Shown piece by piece: positions 26,649 to 32,000 of a stretch of 32,000 bases of DNA. The notes under the pieces were generated by a model. It saw only the letters and a program-made list of their open reading frames with translations. It ran no database searches and was not told the origin of the DNA. Each line of letters opens with the position of its first letter. Position 1 is the first letter of the stretch. A program made the translations under genes and the position numbers. The DNA comes from Erysipelotrichaceae bacterium MTC7 (GTDB lineage: Bacteria; Bacillota_I; Bacilli_A; Erysipelotrichales; Erysipelotrichaceae). The DNA lies in contig LVZN01000017.1 in the NCBI GenBank assembly GCA_001695645.1, positions 1-32,000 on the forward strand. The letters are read 5' to 3'.

Positions 26649-28841
26649 TTAAGAATCAAAAACAGGATCCGCACCCTTTGTATATTCATCAAAAATTTCT
26701 TTTATTTTATCAATTGCACTTTGTTTTGAAACGTCAATGTGATCAATCAATGGTCGGTTTCCATTTAAACTACTAACTTTATTTTTCACCATAATTTCAG
26801 GCCATATTTTCGTAAATGAATTAGCATGTGCAGGAACATCAATTTCAGGGACAATTCTCATTCCCATCGAACGTTCCGAATTTATGTACGTTTTGAATTC
26901 TTCTTTTGTAAAATAGTAATCTTCGGCTGTAGGTGATTCTCCCTCATCATTCGTTAAACTTGTTTCCAAGCGGAATGCATCATATGCTTTAAACGCTTCA
27001 TTTTCTTGATCACCTTTTCCATATTTTTCAAGGAAAATATAATTATCAGAAAGGTGAAGTTGTAAATCATTCATTTTGTAATAACGCATTGTTCTTGAAA
27101 CTTCTTTTATTAATTCCATAGAAATAGGTTTTCTAGCTACATCAAACAAGAAACCTCTTACCTTAAATCTTGGATAGTCACGCATAGATCCAATGTTATA
27201 TGATAATCTATTTTGCTTATTCATTTGCAAAATGGTCTGCATTGCATACATATTACCCGTAGTTGATTCACTTCTTGCAATTACACGATCAGCAAGAATA
27301 TCCATTGTATAACCTTCATCACCAAGTAAGTTGTCTGGTGCATCTACTATGAAATTAAACGCATTTGCTTGTTCGCTATCATTTTTTTCTTTGGTAAGTG
27401 TAATCCCAGTTTGAGATTCATAATCTAAGATGAACTCATCAACAATAGTTCCCAATGAATCATTTGTATATACGACTTTATCTATTGTTTGGATGTCCAA
27501 AGTATCTGTTGTATTACTTGTCCATTCTTGAATTTCCGGTATAACAACTGGTTTCTCGTTTGCACCTTCATCTGCTTGATGTCTTCCTTTAACTACATAT
27601 GGAATATCGCTTGTTATTTTAGATTCATTAGTAACTAAATCCGTTACTTCAAATGAAACTTGTACCGTTTTATCAACAAGTGGATGAACAACCTTACCAT
27701 TTGATGCAATTATTTGTTCTAGATCTGCTCCGTTTAGTTTGATATCAAAACCTTCGGGTACAACAGGCAATTGAAAAGTCTCATCACTTATTGGCACTTC
27801 GCCTGCTTGTAACGTTGCGATCACGGTATCTAAAGTATACCTTTCCCCTTGCTCATTTGAGTATGCTTCAAATTCACGTATGCTTATGTTGTTATAGCTT
27901 GGCGCAACACCAACAAAATCACAAAGAGTTATGTTTTTTGCGATAATTGGTGTTTCTAATTTTACTTTCACATCTGTAGTCCAACTGTTTTCCGTAACTG
28001 ATGTATTATTGTAATTTTGAAGTGCATAGACCTCTTCTCCAGCTAAATTCGTATACTTGACACTAAACGACTGAATATTTGAGTTGTTTGGTGAGACATC
28101 TCTATTTAGAAAATAAATGTGTAATTCTTGTATTTTCGTATATTCATCAAAATCAGCTTTGAGCCATTGGTTTGTCAAACTTGTGTAATCACTTGCCCAT
28201 CTTGTATCTTTGTTTCCATCATTTGCTTTTTGTGCATTCAATCGATCAAGATTCTCTTCAATAGTTGAAGCTGAAATTACTGCTTCGCGAACATGATTCA
28301 CATCGACTTCTTCATTAACTTTTACTACTTCATCTGCATAAACCTCAAACTCTTTGACTCCGACATTTACCCAGTTAATAGTGCCTCCCGTTGCATCTAG
28401 AATCGTCAGTTTTAATTCTGTTACTTCTATTGACTCCGTTAAGACAATCTTTTCTTCTTGTTTGGCTTTTTCATATTTTTCAAATATTGTAACAAATGTT
28501 CCATTAATTTTTCCTTCAATTTTGTATCCGGTTATATTTTGATTCTCATCAGATCTTTCAAACAAAAGACTCATTTGTTTTACCGTTTTCGCTTCATCAA
28601 AGGAAAGATTTATCCATTCATCTTTTGCCCTATTCTGTGCAGTTCCCCAATGTGTGTTAACGTCTCCATCAATAGCTTTGCTTGCATTCGTTGCATCTAC
28701 TTCATAGCTGCTCGCACTTATTGTTGCATCCAATGCAAGATTTGGATTCTCAGGCGATCTCAACAAATTTAAATTAGGAAATGCAAGCATATTTACTACA
28801 ATCACTACAATTAGTAATACGTGTACAATTCTTTTTTTCAT
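26649..28841 (-). CDS. GH20 gene, N-terminal fragment (730 aa): signal peptide, two F5/8 type C (CBM32-like) domains, GH20 N-domain and the first half of the catalytic barrel
   Basis: Signal peptide MKKRIVHVLLIVVIVVNMLAF behind RBS GGGGG. Discoidin-like AIDGDVNTHW and ANDGNKDTRW. GH20 strands RGFLFDVARKP, LQLHLSDN and PEIDVPAH. Confidence 0.8.
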   Translation of the reverse strand: MKKRIVHVLLIVVIVVNMLAFPNLNLLRSPENPNLALDATISASSYEVDATNASKAIDGDVNTHWGTAQNRAKDEWINLSFDEAKTVKQMSLLFERSDENQNITGYKIEGKINGTFVTIFEKYEKAKQEEKIVLTESIEVTELKLTILDATGGTINWVNVGVKEFEVYADEVVKVNEEVDVNHVREAVISASTIEENLDRLNAQKANDGNKDTRWASDYTSLTNQWLKADFDEYTKIQELHIYFLNRDVSPNNSNIQSFSVKYTNLAGEEVYALQNYNNTSVTENSWTTDVKVKLETPIIAKNITLCDFVGVAPSYNNISIREFEAYSNEQGERYTLDTVIATLQAGEVPISDETFQLPVVPEGFDIKLNGADLEQIIASNGKVVHPLVDKTVQVSFEVTDLVTNESKITSDIPYVVKGRHQADEGANEKPVVIPEIQEWTSNTTDTLDIQTIDKVVYTNDSLGTIVDEFILDYESQTGITLTKEKNDSEQANAFNFIVDAPDNLLGDEGYTMDILADRVIARSESTTGNMYAMQTILQMNKQNRLSYNIGSMRDYPRFKVRGFLFDVARKPISMELIKEVSRTMRYYKMNDLQLHLSDNYIFLEKYGKGDQENEAFKAYDAFRLETSLTNDEGESPTAEDYYFTKEEFKTYINSERSMGMRIVPEIDVPAHANSFTKIWPEIMVKNKVSSLNGNRPLIDHIDVSKQSAIDKIKEIFDEYTKGADPVFDS

Positions 28842-28870
28842 ATATCCCCCTTGTTGTCATTATTATGAAT

Positions 28871-28897
28871 GAAGCAAACAGTCTTCCTGTTTGCTTC
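28871..28897 (-). terminator. Perfect 11-bp hairpin (GAAGCAAACAG / CTGTTTGCTTC, 5-nt loop) after the third glycan-enzyme gene
   Basis: Read directly. It begins 7 nt after the stop codon at 28904. The trailing tract is A/T-rich but is not a clean U-run. Confidence 0.5.
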
Positions 28898-28903
28898 AAA
28901 ATA

Positions 28904-31900
28904 CTAGTTCTCTTCTTTTTCTTTCTTCTTTAGTAAAATAAGTAAAATGAAACTCATTCCCACACCTGCTACGAAGTATACGTAACTTGGTAAGCCAGAT
29001 GTAATTGTTGATTGTCCAACAATTGGTTTATCTTCTAGTTGCTCTTGTGCTTTGTCCGTTTCAGGAGCAATAGACTCGTTACCAATCACTTGGTCGTCAT
29101 CGTTATCCCCAGGTGTTACTTGTGCAATTTGATTTGAATTATCTACAGTAACATCATTATTTGGTAATTGGTAATTTGGCCTTTCGTTTCCTCCACTATC
29201 GCCATTTCCTGGTTGCTCAGGAGTCGTTGGCTCTGATGGTTCAGGTTTCACTTCTGGTTTTTCAGGCGTTTCTGGTTCTGTTGGTTTTTCATCTTTGATT
29301 TCCAACGTTGCCAATGCTTCATCCAGTTTTTCTGATAACGCTTGTAGTTGTACTGCTTCTACATCTGCTGGCTGTTCTGGTGTTGCCAAGAATGCTTCTG
29401 CATCACTAACCACAGACATCAGTCTTGCCACACTTGCTTCTGTATATGCTCCAAAGTCGGTTGCTTTGATCCCTTCTACTTTTGCACTTAAGTATGAACG
29501 ATCTACTTTTAAGCGTAGTTGAGCGATTACTTTTGCAAGTTTATTTACTTGTGTACTGATTTGCTCTGCTGTTGCATCTTCATCTTCATACACTTCTTTT
29601 GCTTCTGCTAATGCTTCTAATAATGCACCGTAGCTTTCTTTTGTATATCGGTCTGCATTTGCATCTTTTGCCTCTGCTAGTGAAATCATGTATGCAAGTG
29701 CATCCTTACTTGGTTTTAATACCAATTGTACAAGTGTACTTTCTAACTGTTCATACGCTTCTTCAACCTCGTATGTAAGTGCTCCACCTTCAATACTCAA
29801 TACTGCTTTTGCATTTTCTAGTGCAGCCATAAAGTTTTCTTTTGCTTCATTGTTCATGTAGTCATCTAAATTCACTGCAAGACATTCATCATAAAGTGCT
29901 TGTAACTTTGTCATATCTGCTTTGATGTAATCAAGTAGCTCAAGTGCTTCTGTCAATCTAATAATTGAAAGACTCATTGCTTCACTTGTTGCATTTGCAT
30001 CTTCATACAAGTCAATTGCTTCTTCTAGTGCAGCATAGTATTCTGCTTTTGCACCATCAATTAGCTTATCTACATTTCCGTTATCTACTTCAACTTGTGC
30101 GAGGTCGATGAAGATTTTTAGAATTTGTTTTTCCATAGATTCTGGTGCCACTTGTTCCAATCCTTTATAAGCTTCATCTAATGAAGCGTATGCTTGATCA
30201 ATTGCTTCTTGCGTTGGTGTATCACCACTTACGACTGCTTTTGCTGTCTCCAATGCTTCTTGAAGTGCAGTCCAACTTTCTGGTGTATATGCAGCTTCAT
30301 CTAGTGCTTCAACTGTCTCAATTAACGTGTTAAGTTCACTCATATCTACTGTCTCGTCGAGTAACTCAAGAGCATCAAACGTATTTTGAATTGCAGTAAC
30401 TGCCTGTTCAATTTCTTCTTTTGTTCCATCCACTAGCAAGGCTTCAGCTGCTTCAACCGACTCTTTGTATGCAGTAAATGATTCTGTTGTATACAATGTT
30501 CCATCAATTGCATTGTATGTAGTAATTAATTCAACTAATGCCTCAACATTAACAAGTGCTCCATAAGTGCTAAGCATTTGTTCTTTAAGTTCTTTTATTT
30601 CTAACGGATGTACACGGTTTTCTTGATCTGTATCAATCAACGCAAATAGTTCTTCCATTTTTTCTTGAAGTGCTGCGTATGACTTTGATGTATAACACTC
30701 ACTATCTTTTAACTCAAGTGTTTCTATAGCAAGCATTGCTTGTTCTCTTTGGAAAATTGAGTATTCTAGTTTATCAATTGCACTTTGCACAGCTTCTTCA
30801 AGTTGAGTGGCTGTTGCTTGATCCAAGTTGCTCATGTCGTCTAATGCATGTTCAAGAGCGTTTATAGCGATAGTGTACGTATTGAACGTAGTTACTGTAT
30901 AAACTTGATCTTCATTACTTAATTTTTGATCCAACAATTCTTCAAGTTCGTTGCTATCTTCTAGTTTTGTTTTCGCATTTGAACGAGCTGTTTTTAGTGC
31001 ACCAAGAGCCATATCTACCATTTCTTGTGAGCGGTGTTCTTTATGGTCGATAATTTTTTGAGCGACGTTTGCTACTGAAGCATATGTATCTTTGCTACTT
31101 TGCGTCCACGTATCATCAACCCCTTTTGCAAGTTCCGCTTCAAGCGTTGTTGTATCCGCGCTACTTAGTGTTTTCCGCCCGATTGTAATTTCAGATATTT
31201 CTGGAATAATGTCTGACCAAGACACTTTGATTTCCTTAACCATACTTGTTTGTGCAAATAAGAACTCATTAATCGTTTGGTTGAGCTTTCCAACATTTAC
31301 TTTTGTTCCATCAGCATAAGTAACTTCAACGGTTGCGCCCGAAATCGTACCAAGTTGAACCAGTCGAATACTTTTCGCTCCTAAAGGATCGCTGATGCGA
31401 TATGTAAAAGAACTATTTGTTGCAGATGACTTGTAAGTTGTTGTGAAGTCTTTATCTAACATGTTTGAAGGTTCGTGATTTCTTTGTTCAACATGTTCGC
31501 TAATAATATCTTTATTCGATTCCGTAGAAATATATGTTCCATTATTTATTACAATTTCACCAAAGGCTACCCATCGGTGTGAATACGTTTTTAATGGGCG
31601 AACACGTAGGTATCGTCCACTTGCGTTCAAGTTTGTGCCTTCTGCATACATATTCCCAGGATTTTGTGAATCATGCGTTAACCATGCTGCATCTTTTGCT
31701 GTAGTAGCATCCCATACATTCTCAAAATTTTGTGCTTCATTAATTGTCATAATCGGTGTATACACACCATCTGGTTGATTACTAATTTCAAATACTGCAC
31801 TTCTTAAGTAATTAAGCTGTGTCTCATTCACATAGTAGCGGATTGAACTAAAGTCAATGGTTTGCCCTAAGTCAAATAAGATGTGTTTTGATGCATCTTG

Positions 31901-32000
31901 AGCACCAGTTACCATTCCATGTGTAGTCAAATCTCCGTCGAATACAGCATCTACTTTTCTTGCTACACGTATGTCTTCATCATTTGCTTTTCCAAATGTA
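28904..32000 (-). CDS. Large surface protein, C-terminal 1031+ codons. The N-terminus, presumably a catalytic domain, is outside the window. Visible architecture: two F5/8 type C-like domains, a long FIVAR stalk, a Pro/Glu linker and a C-terminal anchor.
   Basis: The frame stays open to base 32000 (the ORF-track TTG at 31930 is internal). Discoidin-like region HRWVAFGEIVIN. Multiple Y(T/S)xxS(F/Y/W)xxhxxxh repeats. Confidence 0.8.
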   Translation of the reverse strand, partial: TFGKANDEDIRVARKVDAVFDGDLTTHGMVTGAQDASKHILFDLGQTIDFSSIRYYVNETQLNYLRSAVFEISNQPDGVYTPIMTINEAQNFENVWDATTAKDAAWLTHDSQNPGNMYAEGTNLNASGRYLRVRPLKTYSHRWVAFGEIVINNGTYISTESNKDIISEHVEQRNHEPSNMLDKDFTTTYKSSATNSSFTYRISDPLGAKSIRLVQLGTISGATVEVTYADGTKVNVGKLNQTINEFLFAQTSMVKEIKVSWSDIIPEISEITIGRKTLSSADTTTLEAELAKGVDDTWTQSSKDTYASVANVAQKIIDHKEHRSQEMVDMALGALKTARSNAKTKLEDSNELEELLDQKLSNEDQVYTVTTFNTYTIAINALEHALDDMSNLDQATATQLEEAVQSAIDKLEYSIFQREQAMLAIETLELKDSECYTSKSYAALQEKMEELFALIDTDQENRVHPLEIKELKEQMLSTYGALVNVEALVELITTYNAIDGTLYTTESFTAYKESVEAAEALLVDGTKEEIEQAVTAIQNTFDALELLDETVDMSELNTLIETVEALDEAAYTPESWTALQEALETAKAVVSGDTPTQEAIDQAYASLDEAYKGLEQVAPESMEKQILKIFIDLAQVEVDNGNVDKLIDGAKAEYYAALEEAIDLYEDANATSEAMSLSIIRLTEALELLDYIKADMTKLQALYDECLAVNLDDYMNNEAKENFMAALENAKAVLSIEGGALTYEVEEAYEQLESTLVQLVLKPSKDALAYMISLAEAKDANADRYTKESYGALLEALAEAKEVYEDEDATAEQISTQVNKLAKVIAQLRLKVDRSYLSAKVEGIKATDFGAYTEASVARLMSVVSDAEAFLATPEQPADVEAVQLQALSEKLDEALATLEIKDEKPTEPETPEKPEVKPEPSEPTTPEQPGNGDSGGNERPNYQLPNNDVTVDNSNQIAQVTPGDNDDDQVIGNESIAPETDKAQEQLEDKPIVGQSTITSGLPSYVYFVAGVGMSFILLILLKKKEKEEN
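29211..30349 (-). repeat. Copy 2 of the 1139-bp near-identical direct repeat
   Basis: See copy 1. The mirrored antisense ORFs in the track (18266/29295 and 18543/29572) share the same 11029-bp offset. Confidence 0.9.

Larger units (their letters stand above)
23319..28841 (-). pseudogene. Giant GH20 beta-N-acetylhexosaminidase / lacto-N-biosidase-like surface enzyme: one 1840-codon frame interrupted by a single in-frame TAA at 26649-26651
   Basis: The two ORFs (26649-28841 and 23319-26588) are in the same frame. The 20 codons between them read TIVHIGADEFLSDYTAYRKF, which contains the GH20 HxGxDE catalytic motif. Confidence 0.8.

Noticed and set aside
26649-26651. Programmed read-through or stop-codon reassignment of the in-frame TAA in the GH20 gene
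   Set aside because: TAA is also the genuine terminator of this same gene (23319-23321), of the GH2 gene (17845-17847), and of epsilon and erm(B). I see no slippery or structured recoding context. A nonsense mutation or sequencing error is more parsimonious.
17845-29040. Search for canonical LPXTG / NPQTN / SPKTG sorting motifs in the three C-terminal tails
   Set aside because: None is present. Only weak x-(N/T)-(S/T)-G matches were found, and these are reported as a hypothesis rather than as a feature.

Overview
AT-rich Bacillota-type DNA in two parts.

(1) Bases 1 to ~16.3 kb hold the right-hand portion of a Tn916-family integrative conjugative element (ICE), with backbone genes on the + strand.
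- Conjugation genes: the C-terminus of a VirB4-like ATPase (ORF16-like), an ORF15-like polytopic membrane protein, an ORF14-like lysozyme/NlpC-P60 hydrolase and an ORF13-like protein.
- Cargo operon where Tn916 carries tet(M): YtrA-type GntR regulator, ABC ATPase, ABC-2 permease and a Zn-ribbon peptide. It is followed by a Cys-rich KTR protein and an ORF9-like HTH repressor on the - strand.
- Two nested insertions lie in the ORF9/ORF7 intergenic region. (a) A 3.44-kb Inc18-plasmid segment (8100-11542) carries omega, epsilon, a truncated zeta, a truncated P-loop gene, leaderless erm(B), a topoisomerase remnant and delta (ParA). This segment is circularly permuted: the last 11 codons of delta sit at its left edge and the first 287 at its right edge. 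(b) A 1295-bp IS3-family IS with a TAG target duplication.
- The backbone resumes with ORF7/ORF8-like regulators, Xis and a 481-aa tyrosine integrase.
- The ICE abuts an intact tRNA-Arg(CCU) on the minus strand. A 5' half of a second CCU-anticodon tRNA lies next to it.

(2) Bases 16.5-32 kb are chromosomal minus-strand genes: a transaldolase-family protein and three giant secreted glycan-active proteins.
- A GH2 beta-galactosidase of 1798 aa.
- A GH20 hexosaminidase-like gene of about 1840 codons, broken by a single in-frame TAA just before its HIGADE catalytic motif.
- A third, partial CBM32/FIVAR protein.
- All three share a FIVAR helical stalk and a C-terminal anchor without LPXTG; a Pro/Glu-rich linker precedes the anchor in the first and third. 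A 1139-bp near-identical direct repeat links the first and third genes.

No rRNA or CRISPR was seen.
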